DNA from: Fibrobacterota bacterium
GTDB taxonomy: Bacteria > Fibrobacterota > Fibrobacteria > UBA11236
Assembly: GCA_043753995.1 (NCBI GenBank)
Contig: JAYUVP010000042.1
Coordinates: 1-16,779, forward strand
Direction: 5' to 3'
DNA length: 16,779 nt
Positions within the stretch are counted from its first letter, which is position 1. The number at the start of each line of letters is the position of its first letter. The position numbers and the translations under genes were made by a program. Of this stretch, positions 7,402-16,322 are shown piece by piece. The notes under the pieces were generated by a model. The model had not been told where the DNA came from and searched no databases. It saw only the letters and a program-made list of their open reading frames with translations.

Positions 7402-9452
7402 AATTGACTCGCTTCTTTTCCCCGGTCCTATTCGGTCTTGCCCTGCTGGGCGTCCCAAGTCTCGTGCAAGCTCAAGCCGGTGGCTTTGGTCCTATGGGAG
7501 AGCCGCCACCTGAATTGGTGGATACGGTCAAGGCCGACACCACCAAGGGACCCGAACCCCTGCCGGCGGATTTAAGCCTGTTGCCACTGGGAGACGGTAA
7601 ACCTGCGGTTGGCCTCAAGAATTTGAATGCCTTGGCCAAGGTGGCCGTGCTTCACGAGGGCCGCGTCAAGCCTTTCGAAACCTTTGCCCGCCATATCCTT
7701 TTGCAACTCTCCGGGAAAACCACTTTCGAGGGGCGTTCCGCCGTACAAACCCTGGCGACCTTATTCTTCGCCCCTGAAAGCACGACGCAATGGAAAATAT
7801 TTCTCATCAACAATCCCGAAATCGCACAGGGAATGGGAATTCCTGAAGAGAAACACCGGCGTTACACCCTAAAAGCCCTGCAAAAAGGCTTACATAAGCT
7901 CCAGCAATTCGCCGAAAAGGCGAATCGCTTGGAAGACGCCAAACGAAGCATTGCCGATAAGGAATTCTTACGGGTTTGGAGCAATGTCTTCCTGTTGGTT
8001 CAGCTGGGGCACTCCTTTGATTTTGCCTTGCCCTCCCCTGCCTTCACCTTGCGCCTCCCTGACTCACGCCAAGCCTTGGGGCTGGATCCTAACCGTGAAC
8101 GCTTTTCCTTTTGGGAATTAATGGCCCATGCCCCCGCCCTGGCGCATATTCTGGAAAGCGTTGGAACTCGGCCACCGGATGAACGCAGCCTAGTTGAAAC
8201 CGAGGTTATCGGGGTCTCGCAGGCCATGTTCTTGAATTCCCAGTCCAGCCAGCCTTCTTTGCTGAAATGCATTCCTCCCTTGCCCGATGAGGTTAATGAT
8301 TGGCTCAGCCCACCCGAGGCGGTGGCCAACCCCAATCGTTTGCAACGCGAACATGATTTACTCGAAAACTGGGTGCTGGCCTTGAAGGCCTATCGTCAGG
8401 GCGATGAGGCGGCATTCAATTCTGCTCTCGAAAAAGTTTCGGCAAAAACCTCGGATCGAGCCCAAGCCCTCATGGCTAAAACTCATTTTCCGTTGGAATT
8501 ACTGTATCAGCGCATTGATCCCCATTTTCAAGCCCTTTGGATTTATTGGTTGACTCTTCTGGGTTGCTTTCTTTATTTCTTGTCACGAAAGCGCTGGGTT
8601 TACTACGCCTCGCTGGGCATTTTCAGTGTTGGCTTTCTTTTTCTAATTGCAGCCATCGTAGCCCGTATTCTCATCATGCACCGGCCTCCGGTGACATCCC
8701 TGTATGAAACCTTCCCCTTTGTGGCAGCAGTCGCTATTCTGGCGAGCCTCGTCTTGGAAAGATTCAATCGTCGAGGCGTGGGCTTGCTCTCCGCCGCCAT
8801 GCTGGGTGTCATTTTGCTTTCCATCGCGAATCGCTATGCCGCCGATGGCGACACCATGCGTATGCTGGTTGCCGTTCTGAACAGCAACTTTTGGCTTTCC
8901 ACCCATGTGATTTGCATCACCATAGGTTATTCCGCCTGCCTGCTCAGTGGAGCCATCGGGCATTTTTGGTTGGTTCGGGCTTTGTTACCCGGAGGCGAGG
9001 ATAAGCCTTTGCGCCTGCGCGAAATTCAAAAAATGATTTATGGCACCCTGGGCTTTGGTTTGCTTTTTTCCTTTATCGGCACCGTGCTAGGTGGCATTTG
9101 GGCCGACCAAAGCTGGGGACGATTTTGGGGCTGGGATCCTAAGGAAAACGGCGCATTACTCATTGTGATTTGGTGCATCATCCTACTGCATGCCCGCTGG
9201 TGGGGACGCATACGTGATCTGGGCATGGCTTTAGGCGCCGTATTCGGCGCCATCGTCGTCAGCGTCGCCTGGCTGGGTGTAAACCTTTTAAATGTCGGCT
9301 TGCACTCTTATGGCTTTACTCAAGGCGCAGCCGCTAAGCTTTTGAGTTATATCGCTGCAGAATTGATTTTCATTCTCGTGACGGGAATCTGGATAAAGCT
9401 TCGTCACCAAAGCATGGCCATCCAATCATCGAGCGCACGACGCGAGGGCTGA
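7398..9452 (+). CDS. ccsA: Cytochrome c synthetase CcsA/ResC with a long N-terminal periplasmic domain
   Basis: WWD motif WADQSWGRFWGWDPKEN from 9099, conserved His in WLSTHV (H503), LLHAR (H598) and GLHSYG (H636), RPPVTSLYET, and N-terminal GRVKPFETFAR. Confidence 0.93.
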   Translation: MKLTRFFSPVLFGLALLGVPSLVQAQAGGFGPMGEPPPELVDTVKADTTKGPEPLPADLSLLPLGDGKPAVGLKNLNALAKVAVLHEGRVKPFETFARHILLQLSGKTTFEGRSAVQTLATLFFAPESTTQWKIFLINNPEIAQGMGIPEEKHRRYTLKALQKGLHKLQQFAEKANRLEDAKRSIADKEFLRVWSNVFLLVQLGHSFDFALPSPAFTLRLPDSRQALGLDPNRERFSFWELMAHAPALAHILESVGTRPPDERSLVETEVIGVSQAMFLNSQSSQPSLLKCIPPLPDEVNDWLSPPEAVANPNRLQREHDLLENWVLALKAYRQGDEAAFNSALEKVSAKTSDRAQALMAKTHFPLELLYQRIDPHFQALWIYWLTLLGCFLYFLSRKRWVYYASLGIFSVGFLFLIAAIVARILIMHRPPVTSLYETFPFVAAVAILASLVLERFNRRGVGLLSAAMLGVILLSIANRYAADGDTMRMLVAVLNSNFWLSTHVICITIGYSACLLSGAIGHFWLVRALLPGGEDKPLRLREIQKMIYGTLGFGLLFSFIGTVLGGIWADQSWGRFWGWDPKENGALLIVIWCIILLHARWWGRIRDLGMALGAVFGAIVVSVAWLGVNLLNVGLHSYGFTQGAAAKLLSYIAAELIFILVTGIWIKLRHQSMAIQSSSARREG

Positions 9453-9784
9453 TTTTCCGTTGGGAATTTCACCCGCAAATAGGCCAGTAATCCGTCCTTG
9501 TCGACCCAGCAACCTTGCACTCGACAAGGAACCGTGATTTCTCGTTTAGGATGGCGAAAGACCACCTCGGCCTCTACGGCCCAAAGCAGCATGTCCATGC
9601 CTTCCTCTTGCCTGTGGCTGGAAAGCATGTCGTCGGTCAAGACATAAAACCCGCCATAATCGCCCTCCACAGTATCGAGTAAACCATCAAAAACATGGTG
9701 GCCGAGGCAAATTCGAGTTGGGCAAAAAGTTTGAATTTCGGCATCCACTAGGGATTTGGGAAAGTGGAGGCTGCCGATATCCAT
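9404..9784 (-). CDS. Small hypothetical protein, possible degenerate PilZ-like beta-barrel
   Basis: 126-aa ORF filling the gap between ccsA and the gltD terminator, with alternating beta-strand patterns and a C-terminal helix. TACAAT lies 6 nt upstream of the ATG. The fold call is pattern recognition only. Confidence 0.55.
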   Translation of the reverse strand: MDIGSLHFPKSLVDAEIQTFCPTRICLGHHVFDGLLDTVEGDYGGFYVLTDDMLSSHRQEEGMDMLLWAVEAEVVFRHPKREITVPCRVQGCWVDKDGLLAYLRVKFPTENQPSRRALDDWMAMLW

Positions 9785-9819
9785 TCATCCATTGTAGAGC
9801 ATTACGCGATTTCGGCTAA
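9785..9819 (-). promoter_or_regulatory. Candidate promoter giving a leaderless mRNA for the 126-aa ORF
   Basis: Minus strand reads TTAGCC, 17 nt, TACAAT (9796-9791), GGATGA, ATG (9784). Confidence 0.4.
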
Positions 9820-9930
9820 GGCAAAGCAAAGGCAAATATCCGTCGGTTATTGAGGGAGCTTGGGAAGTCGAAATCGTTTTTGGGAACTTCTTTAGAAATA
9901 ATGGCCTACTGATAAGGCCAACGACAGTGC

Positions 9931-9960
9931 AAAAAAAAGCCGCCCCCCTTAGGAGGCGGC
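9931..9960 (-). terminator. Intrinsic terminator of gltBD
   Basis: Minus strand GCCGCCTCC-TAAG-GGGGGCGGC followed by T8, 25 nt after the gltD stop. Confidence 0.9.
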
Positions 9961-9985
9961 AATGGCTGGGGCGAATGAAAGCCCT

Positions 9986-11452
9986 TTAGGCGACTCCAAC
10001 CTCGCACAAAGAATGATTCTTACTCAAAAGCCGGGACTTTCCTGCCAAAAATGTGTCGACAGAACGAGCACATTCACGGCCTTCGGAAATAGCCCAAACA
10101 ACCAAGGATTGTCCACGGCGCATATCCCCCGCGGCAAAAACGCCTTCAACCGAGGTCGCGTATTTCGCATCGGCCTTCACATTACCGCGCTCGTCTTTCT
10201 CAACACCAAGCTGCTGGAGCAAGGTATTAGGCTCAGGGTGCAAAAAGCCCATGGCGAGAAAAACCAGGTCAGCCTTGAATTCGAATTCCGAGCCGGGAAT
10301 TTCCGTGAACTTCGGTCCATCCCATTGCAGGCGAACCGCCTTCACGGACTTCAAACGGCCTTGCTCGTCTTTGACGAACTCCTTAGAGGCCACCGACCAA
10401 TCGCGCTGGCAGCCTTCGGCTTGCGAAGAGCTCGTGCTGAGCATGCGAGGTCCGGGATGTTCAGGCCAAGGGGTCGCATTTGTACGCGAGGCCGGCGGCT
10501 TGGGCAAAAGTTCGATTTGGGTGACCGAAGCCGCGCCATGGCGAATACTTGTTCCCACGCAATCACTGCCGGTGTCACCGCCGCCAATGACGAGCACATG
10601 TTTGCCCTTGGCATGAATGGCGATGTCAGCGGGAATATTATCGCCGGCCACACGCTTATTGTTTTGAGTGAGGAAGTCCATGGCATAGTGAACGCCGACG
10701 GCATCTCGTCCGGTAATTGGCAGGTCACGGGGTATGGTCGAACCACCGGCAAGAACGATGGCGTCGAAGTTCTGTCGTAATTCCGAAACCGGTATAGTCA
10801 CACCGATATAGGCATTGGTCACGAATTTCACACCTTCAGCTTCCATCAAGTCAACCCGGCGCTGCACCACGTCCTTACCCAATTTGAAATCGGGAATGCC
10901 ATAACGCATGAGGCCACCGATGCGATCGGCGCGCTCGAAAACAGTCACCCAATGGCCTGCCTTATTGAGCTGGTCGGCGGCGGCCAAGCCTGCTGGCCCT
11001 GAGCCTACCACGGCGACTTTCTTTCCCGTGCGCTCTTCGGGAGGATGAGGAGTCATCCAGCCTTGGGCCCAGGCATAATCGATGATGGCCATTTCAATGC
11101 TCTTGATGGCCACGGGAGGCTTATTGATGCCAAGCACGCAGGCGGATTCGCATGGTGCCGGGCAAATGCGTCCCGTGAATTCTGGAAAGTTATTGGTCGA
11201 CAAAAGCGAGCGCAGGGCCGCTTGCCATTTGCCATTAAAAACCATGTCATTGAACTCAGGAATAATATTCCCGAGGGGACAGCCATTGTGGCAAAAGGGA
11301 ATGCCGCAATCCATGCAGCGGGCCCCTTGGGTTTCCACTTCCGCCTTGCCGAGTGGAACGAGGAATTCAGTGAATCCCTTAACGCGCTCCTCGGGCGGCA
11401 AATATTTGTGCGTGTCGCGCTGGAACTCTTTGAAGCCGGTCGGTTTACCCAT
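9986..11452 (-). CDS. gltD: Glutamate synthase small (beta) subunit
   Basis: [14 protein letters not shown] and [12 protein letters not shown]e-S motifs, GSGPAG (FAD), GGGDTGSDC (pyridine nucleotide), [24 protein letters not shown]-type RBS about 8 nt upstream. Confidence 0.97.
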   Translation of the reverse strand: MGKPTGFKEFQRDTHKYLPPEERVKGFTEFLVPLGKAEVETQGARCMDCGIPFCHNGCPLGNIIPEFNDMVFNGKWQAALRSLLSTNNFPEFTGRICPAPCESACVLGINKPPVAIKSIEMAIIDYAWAQGWMTPHPPEERTGKKVAVVGSGPAGLAAADQLNKAGHWVTVFERADRIGGLMRYGIPDFKLGKDVVQRRVDLMEAEGVKFVTNAYIGVTIPVSELRQNFDAIVLAGGSTIPRDLPITGRDAVGVHYAMDFLTQNNKRVAGDNIPADIAIHAKGKHVLVIGGGDTGSDCVGTSIRHGAASVTQIELLPKPPASRTNATPWPEHPGPRMLSTSSSQAEGCQRDWSVASKEFVKDEQGRLKSVKAVRLQWDGPKFTEIPGSEFEFKADLVFLAMGFLHPEPNTLLQQLGVEKDERGNVKADAKYATSVEGVFAAGDMRRGQSLVVWAISEGRECARSVDTFLAGKSRLLSKNHSLCEVGVA

Positions 11453-11476
11453 GATATTATGCTCCCTGTCGCTACT

Positions 11477-14400
11477 TCAGACCGTGGCCGGCTGGGTTTG
11501 GGTTTTGGCATTCTCGGCGGCTTCAAAAGCTTTGTCCGTTAAAGCCCGCTTATAATCGCGAGGCATGACCTTGATGAACCGGCCCAGGGCCGATTTCCAA
11601 TCCGCGAGTATGGCCTTTGCCGACATGCTGCCAGTGTATTCCAAATGCTTTTCGATGAAGCCTTTGAGCTCGATGACGTCCTCGGCGATTTCCACTGCTT
11701 CGAGGTCCACCATTTCCTTATTGATGCGGCTGGCAGCCTTGCCCGTGACATCATAGACATAGGCGATACCGCCGCTCATGCCTGCGGCAAAATTGCGTCC
11801 GGTTTCTCCGAGTACAATGACTCGCCCACCCGTCATGTATTCGCAGCCATGATCGCCGCAGCTTTCTACCACGACATTTACACCGCTATTGCGCACGCCG
11901 AAACGCTCGCCCGCCATGCCGAGGATATAGGCTTCACCCGAGGTTGCCCCGTAAAAAGAGACATTACCCACCACGACATTCTGCTGCGGGTCGAAAGTAC
12001 TGCCCTTATGTGGGTATAGAATCACCTTGGAGCCCGATAGTCCCTTACAGAAATAATCGTTGGCTTCACCCTCCAGTTCGAAGGTCACGCCCTTGGCTCC
12101 GAAAGCATTAAAGCTTTGGCCAGCCGATCCCTTAAACTTGAAATGAATCGTATCCTCGGGCAAGGCTTCGGCGCCCCACTTGCGAGTGATATTGGACGAG
12201 AGTATGGTGCCCACGGTGCGGTTCACATTTCTTATTGCGAACTCTGCCTTGATCTTTTCCTTGCGCTCAAGGGCAGGCTTGGCCTTTTCCATCAATTGCC
12301 AATCCAATGCCGTTTCCAAGCCATGATCCTGGCTGATGGAGCAGAAGCTGCCGGTCTTGGCATCGCCCATGCGGTGCAAGAGATTGTCGAGCTTGATGTG
12401 CTTGGCCTTCCAGTGCTTGATGCCGGCGCGAGCGCGCAATTTGTCGACGCGACCCACCATTTCCTGTACAGTACGGAATCCAAGCATGGCCATGTATTCG
12501 CGCAAGTCTTGCGCCAGGAAGCGATAATAATTGACGACATGCTCGACTTCACCGGTGAACAGCTTACGCAATTCAGGGTCTTGAGTGGCGACGCCGACCG
12601 GACAGGTATTCAGATGGCATTTGCGCATCATGATGCAACCCATGGCGATGAGTCCACCCGTAGCCACGCCCCATTCCTCGGCTCCGAGCAAGGTAGCGAT
12701 GGCGATATCTCGTCCCGTGCGCAATTGCCCGTCGGTCTGCAAAACCACGCGCGTGCGCAATCCGTTTTTCATGAGCACTTGGTGGGCTTCGGTTAATCCC
12801 AATTCCCAAGGCAAACCGGCATGCTTGATGGAAGTGAGCGGCGAAGCGCCCGTGCCGCCATCATGACCGGCGATGAGAATGACATCACTATGCGCCTTGG
12901 CCACACCGGCCGCAACCGTGCCCACGCCCACTTCGGCCACCAGCTTGACACTGATGCGCGCTTTGTCATTGCTGTTCTTCAAGTCGAAAATAAGCTGGGC
13001 CAAATCTTCGATGGAATAAATGTCGTGATGCGGAGGAGGAGAAATCAGGCCTACGCCCGGCGTGCTATTGCGCGTCTTGGCGATGAATTTGTCGACCTTC
13101 CAGCCGGGCAATTGCCCACCTTCGCCAGGCTTAGCGCCCTGGGCCATTTTGATCTGGATTTCATCGGCATTCACGAGATAATGGCTGGTCACCCCGAATC
13201 GGCCCGAAGCCACCTGCTTGATGGCCGAACGCATGCTATCGCCATTGGGCAAGGGCTTAAAGCGAAGCGGGTCTTCCCCACCCTCGCCCGTATTGCTCTT
13301 GGCGCCCAGGCGATTCATGGCAATGGCCAGAGTGGTATGCGCTTCCCAGCTAATGGAACCAAAGCTCATGGCTCCGGAAGCGAAACGCTTGACTATGCTC
13401 TCCACCGATTCGACCTCTTCAATCGGTACCGGCGTAGCATTCGAGAAATCAAGCAAGCCGCGTATGGTCAGGAGATTGGTGCTTTGATCATCGATGAGCT
13501 TGGTGAATTGCTTGAACAATCCATAATCGCCCATGCGCAAGGCATGCTGCAATTTGCCGATCACTTCGGGAGTAAGCAAATGCCGCTCGCCGCGTTGTCG
13601 CCACTGATAACGTCCACCGACTTCGAGCTCGCTTTCCTCTTCCTCGATTTCAGGATAGGCGAAGCGATGGCGAATCAGCGTCTCTTCTTCGAGGGTGTCG
13701 ATGTCGATGCCACCGATGCGCGAGGCCGTGCCCGTGAAATATTCGTCTACCAAATCCTGGCCAAGGCCCACGGCCTCAAAGATTTGCGCGCCGATATAGC
13801 TGGCAATGGTGCTGATGCCCATTTTGGAAATGACTTTGAGCAAGCCTTTATTGACGGCCTTGATATAATTGTACTGGGCCTTCTCCGGCGTCACGCCTTC
13901 TTTCAAAAGCTTGCGGCGGCGCATGTCTTCGATGGTATCGAAGGCCAAATAGGGGTTGATGGCGCTGGCGCCATAGCCGAGTAGCAGGGCGAATTGATGC
14001 ACTTCGCGGGCTTCACCGGTCTCGATGATGAGACCGCATTGGCTGCGCTTGCCCTCGCGAATGAGGTGATGATGCACGGCCGAAACCGCCAACAGGGATG
14101 GAATGGCGGCGTGATCGCTGTCTACGGGGCGATCGCTTAAAACGATGACATTATAGCCATCGTCGATGGCTTCACTGGCTAGGCGGCGTACGCGCTCCAA
14201 GGCCTTTTCCAAGCGGCCTTCGCCGCCCGAAGCCTTGAAAACGATCGGGATGGTGCGAGCCTGGAAATGCTTGCGATCCACCCAACGGAGACGTTCCAAA
14301 TCTTCATTGGTCAGAATGGGATGCGGCAATTCGATGACGCGGCAATGCTTTTCGGATTCTTCGAGAAGGTTGTCTTCCTTGCCCACATAGGTGGTCAAGG

Positions 14401-16039
14401 ACATCACCAAATCCTCGCGATCTTTATCGATCGGGGGATTGGTCACCTGGGCGAAAAGCTGTTGGAAATAATCGAAGAGATTGCGCGACTTGTCGGAGAG
14501 AACCGCTAGCGGTTCGTCGGTGCCCATGGAGCCCAGGGCCTCTTCTCCGGCATTCACCATGGGAGCCATGAGAATGCGCACGTCTTCGAGGGTATACCCG
14601 AAAAATTTCTGGCGGCGCCGAATTTTTTCCGCTTCAGGCTGACGCGGTTCGCGCGTCATTTCCAATTCGCCCAAATCGATTTTGCATTCTTGCAACCATT
14701 GCGCATAGGGCTGGCGCGTGGCGATGCGATGCTTGATTTCCGCATCGGGGATGATGCGGCCTTCTTCGAGGGAAACCACGAACATGCGTCCGGGTTGTAG
14801 ACGTCCCTTCAAAACCACTTTTTCAGGCGAAGTAGGAATAACACCTGCTTCGGAAGCCATGACCAGAAGACCGTCTTCCGTAAGCTGATAACGCGAAGGC
14901 CGCAAGCCATTGCGATCGAGGGTGGCGCCAATCAGCTTGCCGTCGGTAAAGGCTACCGATGCGGGACCGTCCCAAGGTTCCATCAAGGCACCGTGGAATT
15001 CGTAAAAGGCGCGTTTTTCCGGCGTCATTTCCGGATCTTTTTCCCAAGCCTCAGGAATCATCATCATCATCACATGCGGCAAAGAACGCCCGCCCATGAC
15101 AAGCAATTCCACCACATTGTCAAGCTTGGCCGAATCCGATCCGGTGGGATCGATGATGGGCAATAGCTTTTTGATTTCATCCTGGGTGAAATAAGTCGAA
15201 TGAAGCAGGCCTTCGCGGGCCCGCATCCAATTCTCATTACCGCGCAAGGTATTGATTTCACCATTATGAGCGAGATAGCGAAAGGGATGCGCCAAGGGCC
15301 AGGTGGGAAAGGTATTGGTGCTGAATCGGCTATGCACCAAGGCGAGCGCCGATTCATAATCGGGATCGTTTAAGTCGGGGAAATAGGTCATCACTTGGGG
15401 CGACAGAAAGAGCCCCTTGTAAACGATGGTTTGATGGCTAAGCGAGCCGACATAAAAATATTCGCGGCCAGCCAAGTCACTTTCCCGCACCGAGCGTTCC
15501 GCGAACTTGCGAATGACATAAAGCTTCCGCTCAAAGGCGTCGGCATCTTTCACCGTGGTATGGCGCTTGATGAAAACTTGAAAATGGGAAGGCTCTTGCT
15601 TCAGCACCGAGGCGCCGAGTTCGCTATTATCGGTCGGAACTTCGCGCCAGCCCAAAAGCTTTTGCCCGCATTCAGCGATGCATTGACCCACCACCTCTTG
15701 AATGGCTTTTCTCTGCTCCGGGTCTTTCGGCAAAAAGATTTGGCCGACGCCGTATTCACCCGGTTGCGGCAGGGCCATTCCGTTTTCCGAAGCCTTCTTC
15801 AGGAAAAATCGATGCGGGATTTGCGTAATCATGCCGGCGCCGTCGCCGGAATTTTTTTCCGCCCCCGAAGCCCCACGATGCTCCAGGTTGTTCAATAACT
15901 CTATGCCCTTGGCCACGATGTCATGGGATTTACGCCCTTTGACATGCACGACAAAACCGACGCCGCAAGCGTCATGCTCATTGCGGGGATCATACATCCC
16001 TTCGCGCTCGGGATAGCCTTGAACCTGATTGATCTTCAT
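11477..16039 (-). CDS. gltB: Glutamate synthase large (alpha) subunit
   Basis: Propeptide then HDA-CGVGF (catalytic Cys codon 15967-15965), HSRFSTNT, HNGEINT, EPWDGPA, SGAMSFGSIS, QGAKPGEGGQLP, [3Fe-4S] motif CIMMRKCHLNTC, C-terminal GXGXG repeats. Start 16039 is preferred (GAGG 9 nt upstream); 16048 is the alternative. Confidence 0.98.
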   Translation of the reverse strand: MKINQVQGYPEREGMYDPRNEHDACGVGFVVHVKGRKSHDIVAKGIELLNNLEHRGASGAEKNSGDGAGMITQIPHRFFLKKASENGMALPQPGEYGVGQIFLPKDPEQRKAIQEVVGQCIAECGQKLLGWREVPTDNSELGASVLKQEPSHFQVFIKRHTTVKDADAFERKLYVIRKFAERSVRESDLAGREYFYVGSLSHQTIVYKGLFLSPQVMTYFPDLNDPDYESALALVHSRFSTNTFPTWPLAHPFRYLAHNGEINTLRGNENWMRAREGLLHSTYFTQDEIKKLLPIIDPTGSDSAKLDNVVELLVMGGRSLPHVMMMMIPEAWEKDPEMTPEKRAFYEFHGALMEPWDGPASVAFTDGKLIGATLDRNGLRPSRYQLTEDGLLVMASEAGVIPTSPEKVVLKGRLQPGRMFVVSLEEGRIIPDAEIKHRIATRQPYAQWLQECKIDLGELEMTREPRQPEAEKIRRRQKFFGYTLEDVRILMAPMVNAGEEALGSMGTDEPLAVLSDKSRNLFDYFQQLFAQVTNPPIDKDREDLVMSLTTYVGKEDNLLEESEKHCRVIELPHPILTNEDLERLRWVDRKHFQARTIPIVFKASGGEGRLEKALERVRRLASEAIDDGYNVIVLSDRPVDSDHAAIPSLLAVSAVHHHLIREGKRSQCGLIIETGEAREVHQFALLLGYGASAINPYLAFDTIEDMRRRKLLKEGVTPEKAQYNYIKAVNKGLLKVISKMGISTIASYIGAQIFEAVGLGQDLVDEYFTGTASRIGGIDIDTLEEETLIRHRFAYPEIEEEESELEVGGRYQWRQRGERHLLTPEVIGKLQHALRMGDYGLFKQFTKLIDDQSTNLLTIRGLLDFSNATPVPIEEVESVESIVKRFASGAMSFGSISWEAHTTLAIAMNRLGAKSNTGEGGEDPLRFKPLPNGDSMRSAIKQVASGRFGVTSHYLVNADEIQIKMAQGAKPGEGGQLPGWKVDKFIAKTRNSTPGVGLISPPPHHDIYSIEDLAQLIFDLKNSNDKARISVKLVAEVGVGTVAAGVAKAHSDVILIAGHDGGTGASPLTSIKHAGLPWELGLTEAHQVLMKNGLRTRVVLQTDGQLRTGRDIAIATLLGAEEWGVATGGLIAMGCIMMRKCHLNTCPVGVATQDPELRKLFTGEVEHVVNYYRFLAQDLREYMAMLGFRTVQEMVGRVDKLRARAGIKHWKAKHIKLDNLLHRMGDAKTGSFCSISQDHGLETALDWQLMEKAKPALERKEKIKAEFAIRNVNRTVGTILSSNITRKWGAEALPEDTIHFKFKGSAGQSFNAFGAKGVTFELEGEANDYFCKGLSGSKVILYPHKGSTFDPQQNVVVGNVSFYGATSGEAYILGMAGERFGVRNSGVNVVVESCGDHGCEYMTGGRVIVLGETGRNFAAGMSGGIAYVYDVTGKAASRINKEMVDLEAVEIAEDVIELKGFIEKHLEYTGSMSAKAILADWKSALGRFIKVMPRDYKRALTDKAFEAAENAKTQTQPATV

Positions 16040-16087
16040 GATTTTCATCCTCGAATACAGACATGGCTTGCTAGGCTGATTGAACCT

Positions 16088-16302
16088 AAAAAGCCGATTC
16101 CCGTATCATGGGTTGGGTCGGAACGGAACCCCAGGAATTCCCCGGGGGAGACGTGATACCGCTCCAGGTCAGACTGCCTGGTGAGTGCAAACGCTGGGAA
16201 GCCACCTCCTCCTAAGACATAGGAAGGGCATAGCTAGCTCAGCTAATGCGACCCAAAGATAAGCATAGGGTCAACCTCCCCCAACCATTGGGCGAGGGGG
16301 AG
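16088..16302 (-). promoter_or_regulatory. Hairpin-rich region upstream of gltB, possible cis-regulatory leader
   Basis: Consecutive inverted repeats at 16276-16302, 16228-16249, 16208-16226, 16162-16185 and 16129-16147, a longer-range pairing 16152-16159 with 16103-16110, and a T5 tract at 16092-16088 on the minus strand. No known riboswitch recognised. Confidence 0.35.
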
Positions 16303-16322
16303 CAGGGTCCAGGACTTCCTAA

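Noticed and set aside
9962..10780. 272-aa antisense ORF over gltD
   Set aside because: Shadow frame of a codon-biased gene, with no motifs.
11270..11320. CxxC…CH in GltD as a heme c site and substrate for the neighbouring CcsBA
   Set aside because: [10 protein letters not shown] is the standard cytoplasmic Fe-S motif, not CxxCH, and there is no export signal.
12821..13984. 387-aa antisense ORF over gltB (also 12116..12796)
   Set aside because: Codon-register mirror of gltB, expected from codon bias; no independent domain signal.
16186..16206. Sigma54-like TGGC…TTGCA upstream of gltB
   Set aside because: The GG-to-GC spacing is 13 nt rather than the required 10.
16086..16214. Possible leader peptide (GTG…TAG, about 39 aa) after AGGAGGAGG upstream of gltB
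   Set aside because: The SD-like sequence is only about 2 nt from the GTG and the peptide is not enriched in Glu or Gln codons.
16160..16230. Fragments resembling cobalamin or c-di-GMP-I riboswitch motifs (CTGGGAAG, GCAAAC, CCTAA) on the + strand
   Set aside because: Wrong strand for gltB, and the elements are incomplete and out of order.
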